Assembly: GCA_964421195.1 (NCBI GenBank)
Contig: CAYQWL010000001.1
Coordinates: 5,203 to 69,202 of the forward strand
Direction of reading: 5' to 3'
From: an uncultured bacterium
GTDB lineage: Bacteria > Muiribacteriota > UBA9980
Length of the DNA: 64,000 nt
A program made the translations under genes and the position numbers. Positions within the stretch are counted from its first letter, which is position 1, and the number at the start of each line of letters is the position of its first letter. Shown in pieces: positions 10,562-21,584 of this stretch. The notes below the pieces were generated by a model. That model was given only the letters and a program-made list of their open reading frames with translations. It made no database searches and was not told the origin of the DNA.

Positions 10562-12955
10562 TTACGCCGCCTCGCGGCGGCCGGAATTCTTTATTATCCG
10601 CGCCGCGGCCATATATCCTTTAAGTTCGGCTTCCATAAACGCGTTTTTCCCATTATTATCCTTAATATCAACATCCGCACCGCATTCGATTAAAAAGGCG
10701 ATTATTTCTTCGTTACCCGCGCGAGCGGCTTTTATTAAAGGAGTAACGCCGTCCGCGTCCGCCAGGTCTATCAGGGCGCCATGCTCAACGAGATATTTGA
10801 CCGCCTCGAAATTATTCGACGCGGCCGCTTCGATAAGCGGCGTACGGCCATTATTATCAGCCTGATTAATCCGGGCCCCGGAAGCGCACAAAGCTTTAAT
10901 AACTGACAGATACCCGCCGCGCGACGCATCGTGAAGCGCGGTACGGCCGTTATCATCGTGTTCATTCACTTCCGCTCCGCTTCCAATCAAATCGAGCGCA
11001 ACTTCAAAATGCCCTCTCAGACAGGCTTCCATTAAAGGACTGCGATGCGCATCATCGAATATATTAACTGAAGCTCCGGCCTTTATAAGTTTTTTACATA
11101 CCGCCGTTTTGCCCGAAAATGCCGCATCATGAAGCGCTGCACGGCCACTATCATCGAGCGAATCGATATCGGCGGAATTTTCAATCAATAATTCTACCAT
11201 ATCTAAATTTTCACTATAAATCGATAACGCGGCTTCGTGAAGAGGCGTTTTACCATTATCATCTTTTAAATTAACCGCCGCATTTTTTAAAATAACGGCC
11301 TTTACGAAATCATAATTGCCTCGTAATGCGGCATCATGAAGCGCGCTGCGGCCCTCGTCGTCACGCGCATTAATTTCCGCTCCCTGTTCTAAAAGTATAT
11401 TCGCAATTAAGGAACTATATAAAGAAAAAGAAGAAGCTGCCTCATGAAGCGCGCTGCGGCCGTTATAATCACGGCCGTTAATTTCCGCTCCGCGTTCGAC
11501 AAGCATCTTAACGGCTTCGACGCCGTTTTTTCCCGCGGCATAAATAAGCGCGCTGCGGCCGTTATTATCTTTAGCGTTTATGTCAAGCCCCTTTGCAATA
11601 AGTTGTCTAAACGTTTCATAATTATTAAGGCTATCGTTAGAAAAAAGAATCGTACGGCCGTTATTATCACGGTTATTAACATCGATACCGTTTTCTATTA
11701 AAAACCGAAAAATTTTTTCATAACCTTTTTCACGAGCAATAGAAAGCGCAGTCTTACCTTCATTATTTTTTATATCGATGTTCGCCCCGGCGGTAATAAG
11801 CGATTTAACGGCGTCATAGCGGCCGTTTTCAACAGCAAATATAAGCGCGCTGCGGCCGCTGCGGTCTTTAGCGTCAATATCCGCGCAACGCGACGCAAGA
11901 AGATTTACGATTGCAAAATGTCCGGCTGCCGAGGCTTTCATAAGCGCCATACTGCGGCAATTATCGCAAATATTTGAATCGGCGCCTTTTTCTATAAAAA
12001 GCCTTACTATTTCTATATGACCTTTTTCAGCGGCATTCATAAGAGCGGTAGCGCAGTAATTTGTTTGCGCATTTATATCGGCGCCGCGATTAATAAGAAG
12101 GCTGGCTATTTCCGAATGTCCTTTTTCAGCGGCATACATAAGCGCGGTAGCGCAGCAATTAGTACGGGCGTTTACGTCAGCCCCGCTATGAACTAAAAGT
12201 CTTGTTATTTCTTTATTTCCATGTTCGGCCGCCATCATAAGAGGCGTTATTAAAGCGCTCGTAGCCGCATTTACATCCGCGCCGGCGTTTAAAAGAAGTT
12301 CTACCGCTTCGACGTCATTACAATCTACAGCTTCTATAAGCGGGGTACGGCCATGCTCGTCACTGACGTTAACTTCCGCGCCTGAATCGATGAGCATTTT
12401 AACGGTTTCAGTACGGCCGCATTCACAGGATCTCATAAGCGGCGTACGGCCTCGCGCATCGCGGGCATTTATATCGGTCCCATGATATATCAAAAATCGA
12501 ACTATCGCCGTCTGGCCACATTCAGCCGTTTCATTCAAAGCGTTTTCAACCCATTTTTTAAACGGATCAAATTCATAACCATTATTCATTATAAGACTGG
12601 CTATATTTTCATAACCGCGCCAGACCGAAAACATAAACGCGTCCCAGCCTTCTTCGTCTTTTATAGCCGGGTCCGCACCGTTTTTTAAAAGAAATTCACA
12701 TACGTCAAAATAACCCCGCCATGCGCCGTACATTAACGGCGTCCAGCCCTCTTCGCTTCGCGCGTTTATATCCGCGCCGCTTTCAATCAATATTTTAACA
12801 GTTTCAAAACGTCCTTTTTTAGCCGCTTTATGAAGCGCAGTTTCGCCGTCTATACCGCGATAATCCAGATCGGCATTTTTTAAAATTATCATTCGCAATA
12901 AATCATTATTGCCGCGCCGCGAGGCATCGATTAAATTATCATTTATCTTTTTCAT
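10562..12955 (-). CDS. Ankyrin-repeat protein of about 797 aa with about 23 tandem ANK repeats and no signal peptide
   Basis: Repeated 33-aa units of the form 'G-(R/K)-TPLxxAxxxGhxExVKxLIxxGADVNAxD'. The ORF track starts at 13012, but the Met at 12955 has a strong AAAGGGGG RBS, so I take 12955 as the start. Confidence 0.8.
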   Translation of the reverse strand: MKKINDNLIDASRRGNNDLLRMIILKNADLDYRGIDGETALHKAAKKGRFETVKILIESGADINARSEEGWTPLMYGAWRGYFDVCEFLLKNGADPAIKDEEGWDAFMFSVWRGYENIASLIMNNGYEFDPFKKWVENALNETAECGQTAIVRFLIYHGTDINARDARGRTPLMRSCECGRTETVKMLIDSGAEVNVSDEHGRTPLIEAVDCNDVEAVELLLNAGADVNAATSALITPLMMAAEHGNKEITRLLVHSGADVNARTNCCATALMYAAEKGHSEIASLLINRGADINAQTNYCATALMNAAEKGHIEIVRLFIEKGADSNICDNCRSMALMKASAAGHFAIVNLLASRCADIDAKDRSGRSALIFAVENGRYDAVKSLITAGANIDIKNNEGKTALSIAREKGYEKIFRFLIENGIDVNNRDNNGRTILFSNDSLNNYETFRQLIAKGLDINAKDNNGRSALIYAAGKNGVEAVKMLVERGAEINGRDYNGRSALHEAASSFSLYSSLIANILLEQGAEINARDDEGRSALHDAALRGNYDFVKAVILKNAAVNLKDDNGKTPLHEAALSIYSENLDMVELLIENSADIDSLDDSGRAALHDAAFSGKTAVCKKLIKAGASVNIFDDAHRSPLMEACLRGHFEVALDLIGSGAEVNEHDDNGRTALHDASRGGYLSVIKALCASGARINQADNNGRTPLIEAAASNNFEAVKYLVEHGALIDLADADGVTPLIKAARAGNEEIIAFLIECGADVDIKDNNGKNAFMEAELKGYMAAARIIKNSGRREAA

Positions 12956-13043
12956 GGCCGGCCCCCTTTCTTTACCCGAAAAAAGTAAAAAAATAGAAAA
13001 CCGAAATTTCACGAATTGAAAAATTTAATTATAAATAAATATA

Positions 13044-13283
13044 TTAAAAAAATGGAATATTAGAATTATTGAATTTGATTAAAAAAGGTAAATATAAAGG
13101 CGAAAGAAATTTTTCAATTTTAAATAAAACGGCGGTGAAGATCAGACGATATTTAACGGCTGCCCGCCGAATGCCATTCGGCATTAAAAGAAATCGGGCG
13201 ATACGCGAAAATAAATCGTTATTAGTTACAATAACGAAACACCCGCTATTTCCGGCCAGATACTTTTTTATAAAAGCGCCCAT
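13044..13283 (-). CDS. Small hypothetical protein (79 aa), possibly co-transcribed with the ankyrin gene
   Basis: ATG at 13283 is preceded by a strong RBS AAAGGGGGG with 8-nt spacing. The overlapping plus-strand ORF lacks an RBS. No homology recognised. Confidence 0.35.
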   Translation of the reverse strand: MGAFIKKYLAGNSGCFVIVTNNDLFSRIARFLLMPNGIRRAAVKYRLIFTAVLFKIEKFLSPLYLPFLIKFNNSNIPFF

Positions 13284-13425
13284 ATATTTACCCCCCTTTC
13301 CTGCAAAAGGAAAAACAAGGGATTGTTAAAGAAGCAACATCCTAATTTAATTGTATCACTAAAACATTAAAATGTCAACATAAATTTTTTTCCAACAAAA
13401 AAGTCTTTAAAAATTTTCAAAAGTA

Positions 13426-14882
<1,457 letters not shown>

Positions 14883-14932
14883 TTTTTTATCTTTATATTT
14901 TATTACTTAATAATAAGTTAAAGTAAGGCGGA

Positions 14933-15241
14933 ATGACCTTTATGCCACCGAAATATAAGTTTGAAATAGTAACTATGGATTCGTTAGTATATTCGGCCGA
15001 CGATATAGAATCGGTAATAATGCCTGGCGCGTTCGGCTATCTCGGAGTTCTTTACGGCCACATGCCTTATATTACACAATTATCGGCCGGAAGCGTAACC
15101 GTAAAAAAAGACGCCGCCGCTCAAAAAAACGATTTTGAATGGAATATAAGCGGCGGATTCGCAAAAATACTTCCCGATTCAGTTACCGTATTCGCCGACC
15201 GGGCTGAAAAAATAGAAAAAAAAGAAAAATCAGCTATTTAG
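14933..15241 (+). CDS. atpC: F0F1 ATP synthase ε subunit
   Basis: About 100 aa immediately after atpD. N-terminal β-sandwich pattern 'KFEIVTMDSLVYSADDIESVIMPGAFGYLGVLYGHMP'. Confidence 0.75.
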   Translation: MTFMPPKYKFEIVTMDSLVYSADDIESVIMPGAFGYLGVLYGHMPYITQLSAGSVTVKKDAAAQKNDFEWNISGGFAKILPDSVTVFADRAEKIEKKEKSAI

Positions 15242-15272
15242 TAATTAATTCATTCTCTATGTTTTAAATTAA

Positions 15273-16598
15273 TTACAGCTCAATATCACGGCCATCGCTA
15301 AAACTGCCGCCATCGTCTTTTACATCGTAACCGGCGCTGTATATTTGTATTTCACCGGCGCCTTTTATACTATATAAAAACGGTTTATTCGTAAACGGGT
15401 CCTGCGCCAGCCAGGGATTATCTTTAATATATTTTTCCTTCATATATTCATTAATGGACGCAGGCAGCTTTTCGCGGCCGTAAATATTTTCAATTAAGCG
15501 GGCCATAAGTTTTATAACAATCGCTCTACTACGGGCTTTTTGTAAAAGAAATTCCCTGTTGAATTTATCTACGGCGGGTAGAGAAAATAAAATAAGCGGA
15601 TTAATTTCTGAAGTTAATACGGCAAGCGGGTAAATACGCGACTTATTTATTTTATCGCTAAGATTCGAAAGCTCATGAAGCTTTTTATCCGCTTCTATAA
15701 AATCTAATTTTTCCACCGCTATAGCTTTATTGATAATTTGCGTATATTGTTCGATAATATCGCCATAATAAAACTCACTTGTTTTAACTAAAGCGAATAA
15801 GGCAAACTGATTAAACCTGCCAAAATCAGATTGATTCGAATAAATTTGACGTTTTATTAATCTTATACAGGACTCTTTTTCATGATTAAAAGCTTTTTCA
15901 AAATTATCGGTACGTAATTCATATTTTATAAGCTTAGTTATAAGTTTCTCGATTAATTCATTTTCTATATAAATACCACTTTTTAACGATAAATTAATTA
16001 CCGCCGACGCCCGGCGCTTCAACGCATAAGTAATAACGTCACATATCATAGCCTTTTCAGACCCGATGCCTATCTGTGGCACCATAGCGAGTGAAAGTAT
16101 TGAATTAACCGCGCTAAAAACTTTATCCATTTTTTTATCGGTCAGCGCAATATTAGCATATTCTTCGAGCGCGGCCGCCGCCAGACGCAGGTTCTTAAAA
16201 CTATAACTTTTGTTAAAAATCAATCGATTTGAGCTAAGAACGGTTTCAAGCGAATCGCCGGCTTTATAATCGAGAACTGATATCAATTCATTTTCAATAG
16301 TGCTAATATTATTTACCGTTATTTTTTTTAAATCTTTGCCAATAAAATTTTTTCCGCTTAACTCGATAATATAAGCGAGCCTGTTTACATATACTTCTTC
16401 AGTTTTATCAAGTATTACGGAAGGCGCCTGCGAACAATAAGAAACGTTTATACTCATAAAAAACGCATAGATAAGCACGCTTTGAAACGCTAAAAACAAA
16501 AGGACAAGAGTGAGAAGCACCGTCGTTTTAACTCCGCCATTAACCATCTTAAAATAATCCGGTTTAAAGCTTATCTTTGTTTCAAACAATTTTTTCAT
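15273..16598 (-). CDS. Hypothetical membrane-anchored protein with a C-terminal GspG (type II secretion pseudopilin)-like motif
   Basis: N-terminal TM helix. The C-terminus 'DPFTNKPFLYSIKGAGEIQIYSAGYDVKDDGGSFSDGRDI' resembles the GspG 'DPWGNxY...SLGxDG' region. No prepilin GFTLIE cleavage motif. RBS AAGGGGGG. Confidence 0.45.
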   Translation of the reverse strand: MKKLFETKISFKPDYFKMVNGGVKTTVLLTLVLLFLAFQSVLIYAFFMSINVSYCSQAPSVILDKTEEVYVNRLAYIIELSGKNFIGKDLKKITVNNISTIENELISVLDYKAGDSLETVLSSNRLIFNKSYSFKNLRLAAAALEEYANIALTDKKMDKVFSAVNSILSLAMVPQIGIGSEKAMICDVITYALKRRASAVINLSLKSGIYIENELIEKLITKLIKYELRTDNFEKAFNHEKESCIRLIKRQIYSNQSDFGRFNQFALFALVKTSEFYYGDIIEQYTQIINKAIAVEKLDFIEADKKLHELSNLSDKINKSRIYPLAVLTSEINPLILFSLPAVDKFNREFLLQKARSRAIVIKLMARLIENIYGREKLPASINEYMKEKYIKDNPWLAQDPFTNKPFLYSIKGAGEIQIYSAGYDVKDDGGSFSDGRDIEL

Positions 16599-16751
16599 AA
16601 AAACCCCCCTTTTATTTTGTTTTTATACATTTTTTTTACGCCCGCGCATGGATATTTATCCGATTTTTCTTATTTTTCTTATAAAATTTTACCAACCCGC
16701 CTGTAAATATTAATCCCGTTCTTTCCTGCAAAACTTCATTAAATCCGGTCA

Positions 16752-17291
16752 TTAATATTTATTTTTTATCAATAATCCATTTATAATTTTATAATAAAAA
16801 AATTTAAATGCCGCCGTTATAAGCATTAAGGTAATAAATAGCGCGGCTCCTTCAAGCGCAAAAAACAAAACGATAGAATAAGGATTGTCGAATTTATTTG
16901 AAATTAAAAGCCGGCCATTGTTCATTTCATTTTCGAACCGGTAATTATCATTAAAAACATTATTATAGCGGTTACAGGCATTACCGCCGTTTTCGTAGCC
17001 GCCCGCGGCATCGTAACTGCCATAGCCTTTAAAATTGTCTCCTCCCGTTCTTTTACCGGCGACAATCGAAATATTATATGCCATAAACAATATAAACAAT
17101 AATAAAAAAGCGCATAGATAATAATAAAATGAAAGGCCCGCCTTTAATTTACCCGCTCCGATTATTCGGCTATATTCTATTTTTTTGATTTTTTTCACGG
17201 AAATTTCATCGTCGGCGGCGCGTTGAGCGTTAAAAACATTCTCTAAGTCCGGCCGTGAAAAATTTATTTTATCTTCATCATTCGATTTCAT
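16752..17291 (-). CDS. Putative anti-σ factor: membrane protein encoded immediately downstream of, and overlapping, the ECF σ gene
   Basis: Overlaps the σ gene by 14 nt. One central TM helix plus a C-terminal hydrophobic segment. No sequence motif recognised; the assignment rests on context. Confidence 0.4.
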   Translation of the reverse strand: MKSNDEDKINFSRPDLENVFNAQRAADDEISVKKIKKIEYSRIIGAGKLKAGLSFYYYLCAFLLLFILFMAYNISIVAGKRTGGDNFKGYGSYDAAGGYENGGNACNRYNNVFNDNYRFENEMNNGRLLISNKFDNPYSIVLFFALEGAALFITLMLITAAFKFFYYKIINGLLIKNKY

Positions 17292-17847
17292 TTTTCATCA
17301 CTTCCTTCAATCTTTCTTTCGCGCGATGGAGCCTTGACATAACCGTGCCAGGCTCCACGCCGAGCGTTTCCGCTATTTCTTCATAAGAAAATCCATTATA
17401 ATATTTTAAAGTAATCACCGTACGGTCTTTTTCACCAAGCGCCGTCAATGCGGCGCGAAGAGCGGTAATCCTGGACGCCCGCTCAATATCCTGAAAAAAC
17501 TCGGTTTCTATATCGGCCTGTTCATCATCACGAAATGTTAATTTAAAGGCGTTATTTATATAATATTTTATTTTTCTATAATAAGATCTTTTATACCCAT
17601 AAAATTCATTAGCCGCTACCTTAAAAAGCCATGATTTAATTTTATAATTTTCAATTCCAGGCTCTTTATAAGTTTTAACGAATACCTCATGCGTCAGATC
17701 CAATGCAAGATGAGGATCGGATGACATATTTAACAAAAAATAATATACCGCCTTATAAAATTCGTTATATAAAGCTTCAAAACCTTCTTCACGGCTTCGA
17801 AAATATGCAGTCTTTATTTTATCTTCATTTAATTTTATATCGTTCAT
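17278..17847 (-). CDS. ECF-type RNA polymerase σ factor (σ70 family, regions 2 and 4)
   Basis: Region 4 helix-turn-helix 'YNGFSYEEIAETLGVEPGTVMSRLHRAKERLKE'. Region 2-like 'YKSWLFKVAANEF'. Length 189 aa. Confidence 0.85.
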   Translation of the reverse strand: MNDIKLNEDKIKTAYFRSREEGFEALYNEFYKAVYYFLLNMSSDPHLALDLTHEVFVKTYKEPGIENYKIKSWLFKVAANEFYGYKRSYYRKIKYYINNAFKLTFRDDEQADIETEFFQDIERASRITALRAALTALGEKDRTVITLKYYNGFSYEEIAETLGVEPGTVMSRLHRAKERLKEVMKNEIE

Positions 17848-17945
17848 CGCTTCACCCGCTAATATAATGACTGAAATTAAAAATTATTCCATTTTTTTTA
17901 TTTTTTTATATTATATTTTAAACGAATAAACAAGCTTAAAAAAAT

Positions 17946-17976
17946 AAAAAGGGTTTTTTTCAAAACCCTTTTTATA
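17946..17976 (-). terminator. Rho-independent terminator-like hairpin (bidirectional shape) between the lipoprotein gene and the ECF σ gene
   Basis: Stem AAAGGGTTTT/AAAACCCTTT with loop TTC, flanked by an A-run on one side and a T-run on the other. It lies 80 nt downstream of the 18056 stop on the minus strand. Confidence 0.55.
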
Positions 17977-18055
17977 ATTTATTTATATACATTTTTACTT
18001 ACGCAGACATTTTAAATTATATATTTCGAATTAATTTTTTATCGTTTAATAAGGT

Positions 18056-18385
18056 TCACTGCCTTTGAGTAGAATAAACTGAAAAATGTTCTTCTTTAAC
18101 CACCTGACCGGTATCGTATAAATATTTAATCGAAACGCCTTTTAAACGCCAGATCATAGTTTCATAAACTCTTCCAGCCTCGATAGACTGAGTTTTTTCA
18201 AAGTCATTTCCATATTTATCGATATAAGAAACGACTTCAGGCGCGTTATAACGCCCCGTGAACAAATAAGCGGACTGCGGAGATGAATCATTCGAACCGC
18301 TGCAGCCGGCAATCACGAATGTAATTATAGATATTGAAAACAAAATATAAATAATATGAAGATGATCGAACTTTAATCTTTTCAT
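18056..18385 (-). CDS. Small lipoprotein (109 aa)
   Basis: Signal peptide ending in lipobox 'IAGC'. Confidence 0.5.
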   Translation of the reverse strand: MKRLKFDHLHIIYILFSISIITFVIAGCSGSNDSSPQSAYLFTGRYNAPEVVSYIDKYGNDFEKTQSIEAGRVYETMIWRLKGVSIKYLYDTGQVVKEEHFSVYSTQRQ

Positions 18386-18470
18386 GTTTTACATATCGGC
18401 AGGCAAAAAAATACATTTAATAATCTATTAAAAAATTAAAAATTTTATGAGTAAAAACTCTCTAATTTTT

Positions 18471-20441
18471 TTAATCCATATATGGATTTTTAACCTTATA
18501 TATTCCTTCAGGATGCATTTCTTCAGCTTTTCTAACGGCAGGAGATATTTTCGGCGATACTATAGCGCCGTTAAGCACCGGTGAATCGATTGTAGAATCA
18601 GACGCAGGCATATTAATAGTTAAATAACGATTAACAGGCATAAGCGTAATTCCTTCGCTATCCAGTCCGAATATTTTTACCATCTGGTTTCTACGCGATT
18701 TTATTTTTTCTATAACGAGCGCCTGTACGAAAGGTTCCCAGTGACTTTCAGCGGCCGCCCATTCTATAGTTTTAATATCGAGAGACGCAATTTTTCTGGC
18801 CATCCACATTGCATCGGAAAAAGTCGCATTTTTCCATGCCTGCGGGTAATACATTATTTTGACTTTAAAGCCTGTATATCCGGGAAACGGCGCCAACCAA
18901 TCCCAATCATAAGAATTAATTTCTCCCGCCGTAAGAGGGCTGCCCATTACACAGCCAAGATCGGACTGATATTCGATCGGACGATCATATCTTCCAGTTT
19001 GCGGATTATATAAAAGCACCATCTGACAATTATCATCTTTAGCATCAAGGCTTGAAAGGAAAAGATTAAAAATTATCGAAGCGCGAGCGGAACGGCTCTG
19101 GTTCGCACCCAGTCCTGAAAATGCGGAAGCGCCAAGTTTTTTTACAATCGGCGGATTAAAAGACATCGTCGCTTCTTTAAAATAAACATAATACGAACCA
19201 AGATATTTCTTTTTTATGTCATATTTTTTTAAAAAATCTTCATCTACAATTCCATTACCGAGTATCCGCCCTTTATCGTCTTTAATTACATTATAAGGGT
19301 ACAACCAATCCTTAATATTAAATTGAAGAGCTTTTTCTTTAGCATGCCCCGGCGCGTATGCTTCTTCAAGCTGATAAAAATAAGAAATCGCCGATGGATC
19401 TTCATTCTGTTTATCGGACGGCTCAAGAACGAGGGGCGTCGAAGCAGACGGCATATAATATTTAAGTTCGGCATAACGTCCGCCGAGTATTATATATAAA
19501 CGAGTGGCGAAAAGCTCCGTATGAACTTCCTCACCGAATTTTACCTTCCATTTAAAACCATAACGGTCTTTAACTGAAAGTTTTGCATGAGATCCGGATG
19601 TAAGCAAATGATCAAAAGTAAAACATTTTTTTGCTTTTTTTAAAGAAAAATCGGAATCGCCGTCAGGACATATTTTTACAAGATTTTCAATCTCTTTTTC
19701 GTAAGATTTATATACTTCAGGAGAGTATGTATTATTAAACTTATAAACATTGCTTTCTTCGAGAGGCTCGAATTTAGAAACTTCACGGTACGTGGATGCG
19801 GCAATCCGCTGAATTGAAACACGGTTTTTATTTTCGTCGCAAAGAAACTGCGCTTCTAAACCGGCGCGTTCTAAACCTATTAAGGAATCCGGCCGGGCGG
19901 CGGGTATTTTTACAACAAGCGGAGCTGTAACGAGAATAGACGCGGTTCTAAGGCAAAATGCGGCTATCTGTAAAGTCGTCGCTTTCGGCCACACCTGAAT
20001 AAAAGCGTCAAGTGAATACCATACCCTCATAACAAGAACGTACGACTTTTTTAATTGCTCCATATCTACACCGGTTTTATCAAAACCGTCCAGAATTTTT
20101 TCAAGCCATTCTTCGATTAAATTACACGCAATCACTTCAGCGCTTTTTTCTATCTTTTTTTCAGATTTACCGCTGGCCGCAAGCGTCGAACGAATTTCAG
20201 AACGCATCGCGATAATACGTTCAATAAGTTTTTTCACGTTTTCTTTATTAAAATCAGGCAATTTAAAATCAGGCACCGCCTGATCGATACGAATTTTAAA
20301 ATAAGGCGCATCCTCCGCGAAAACATTTGAAGGGTAAAATAGAAGTGAATAAAAACAAATCACAAAAACAGTGCATAACAAAAACATTAATACAAAAAAA
20401 AAGCCGTTTATCGAAAAAAAATTTTTAATTTTATGATTCAC
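18471..20441 (-). CDS. Hypothetical 656-aa membrane-anchored/secreted protein of unknown family
   Basis: Long ORF with an N-terminal TM helix or signal sequence. Coding-like composition. No motifs recognised. Confidence 0.55.
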   Translation of the reverse strand: MNHKIKNFFSINGFFFVLMFLLCTVFVICFYSLLFYPSNVFAEDAPYFKIRIDQAVPDFKLPDFNKENVKKLIERIIAMRSEIRSTLAASGKSEKKIEKSAEVIACNLIEEWLEKILDGFDKTGVDMEQLKKSYVLVMRVWYSLDAFIQVWPKATTLQIAAFCLRTASILVTAPLVVKIPAARPDSLIGLERAGLEAQFLCDENKNRVSIQRIAASTYREVSKFEPLEESNVYKFNNTYSPEVYKSYEKEIENLVKICPDGDSDFSLKKAKKCFTFDHLLTSGSHAKLSVKDRYGFKWKVKFGEEVHTELFATRLYIILGGRYAELKYYMPSASTPLVLEPSDKQNEDPSAISYFYQLEEAYAPGHAKEKALQFNIKDWLYPYNVIKDDKGRILGNGIVDEDFLKKYDIKKKYLGSYYVYFKEATMSFNPPIVKKLGASAFSGLGANQSRSARASIIFNLFLSSLDAKDDNCQMVLLYNPQTGRYDRPIEYQSDLGCVMGSPLTAGEINSYDWDWLAPFPGYTGFKVKIMYYPQAWKNATFSDAMWMARKIASLDIKTIEWAAAESHWEPFVQALVIEKIKSRRNQMVKIFGLDSEGITLMPVNRYLTINMPASDSTIDSPVLNGAIVSPKISPAVRKAEEMHPEGIYKVKNPYMD

Positions 20442-20591
20442 CGTACACCTCTATTTTTAAAAAAATTCACAATGTGTTTGTAAAGATTTTCACACTCAAT
20501 TTCAGGTATTTTTTTTAATTTTTATAGCGGAGCTATTAATATTTTTCAATACTATTTTTAATATTTATATAGTTTTTATAACGGATTTATA

Positions 20592-21509
20592 TTATTTTAT
20601 TCTACCATTTTTATCAGACGGAGCCGGGCCTGGATTTAAAACAGGCTTACTCCGGAAATCTTTCAAACGTTGTTTAAATAAGTTAGCGGTTTCAACGGTT
20701 TTAGCGTCTATGCCGTTCATTTTAATCACTTCATCATAAATAACGGCTGCTTTATCAGGCATCGACATATTTTCATAAACGGCGGCCCTGCCGATCATCG
20801 CAAGAGCTTTTTGACCGCTGCTCGTCTCTTTTATCGCCAGTAAAGTATCAAATTTACCAAGCGCTTTATTGTCGAAATTTTTCAACCTTTCATTCGCGTT
20901 CATAAAAAGCGCGGGAATTCGATCTTCAGGTTTTTTTGCCAATATTTCAATACTATCAAGAGCCATATAATAATGATCTATTTTTTTTTCATTTTTATAT
21001 ATTTCAGCCAATTTATAATAACATGGAATAATTTCAGGTAAATAAGAATATTTTTCTACTATTCGATTAAGAATTTGCGTTTCAGCGCTGGTATCGCCGG
21101 CTTTACGATAAATGCCGGCAAGCGCCATACAGGCTTTTGACGCGAGATAATTACCGGGATATTTTTCGATAATTTTTTTTAATGATTCGCCCGCCTGGTT
21201 ATTATCGCCCGCTTCGATTTGCTTAAAAGCTATATAATATAAAGCAAGCGGCGCTTTTTCATTTTCGGAAAGCGCAATTTTTTTTAACGCGGCAATATCC
21301 ATTTTTTCTATTTCAGAATCGATAAACACTGCTTTTGAAGTTTTATCATTACCTTCTGGCTGTGCGCCGCCGTTCATTCCAGATATTCCATTAAATATAT
21401 TTTTTTGCAGAACGACCGCGCAAACCGCCACAATTAATATTATAAATAATAAATATTTTTTTTTCATTATAAATCCTCTTAATATAGCAGATTTTAATCT
21501 GGCATACAA
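20592..21509 (-). CDS. TPR-repeat protein with an N-terminal signal or anchor
   Basis: Several 34-aa TPR-like units (ALALYYIAFKQIEAGD..., ASKACMALAGIYRKAGD..., YYKLAEIYKNEKK...). N-terminal hydrophobic segment. Confidence 0.6.
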   Translation of the reverse strand: MYARLKSAILRGFIMKKKYLLFIILIVAVCAVVLQKNIFNGISGMNGGAQPEGNDKTSKAVFIDSEIEKMDIAALKKIALSENEKAPLALYYIAFKQIEAGDNNQAGESLKKIIEKYPGNYLASKACMALAGIYRKAGDTSAETQILNRIVEKYSYLPEIIPCYYKLAEIYKNEKKIDHYYMALDSIEILAKKPEDRIPALFMNANERLKNFDNKALGKFDTLLAIKETSSGQKALAMIGRAAVYENMSMPDKAAVIYDEVIKMNGIDAKTVETANLFKQRLKDFRSKPVLNPGPAPSDKNGRIK

Positions 21510-21539
21510 AATACGAGCGTTTTTTATAATCTTATAATT

Positions 21540-21578
21540 TTAAAATACCGCGCCGCCGGATGCGACGCGGTATTTATT
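21540..21578 (-). terminator. Terminator hairpin downstream of the proline-rich protein gene
   Basis: Stem ATACCGCG/CGCGGTAT with a 13-nt loop, followed on the minus strand by TTTTAAAATT. Confidence 0.45.
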
Positions 21579-21584
21579 TATCGT

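Noticed and set aside
13069-13329. 86-aa plus-strand ORF in the ankyrin/atpD intergenic region
   Set aside because: It overlaps the minus-strand 79-aa ORF, which has a strong AAAGGGGGG RBS. The plus-strand ORF has no RBS and a low-complexity basic translation.
15241-15276. Inverted repeat GTAATTAATT...AATTAATTAC after atpC as a terminator
   Set aside because: The stem is A/T only and the loop is 16 nt, which is too weak to call an intrinsic terminator. It may still contribute to termination between the convergent genes.
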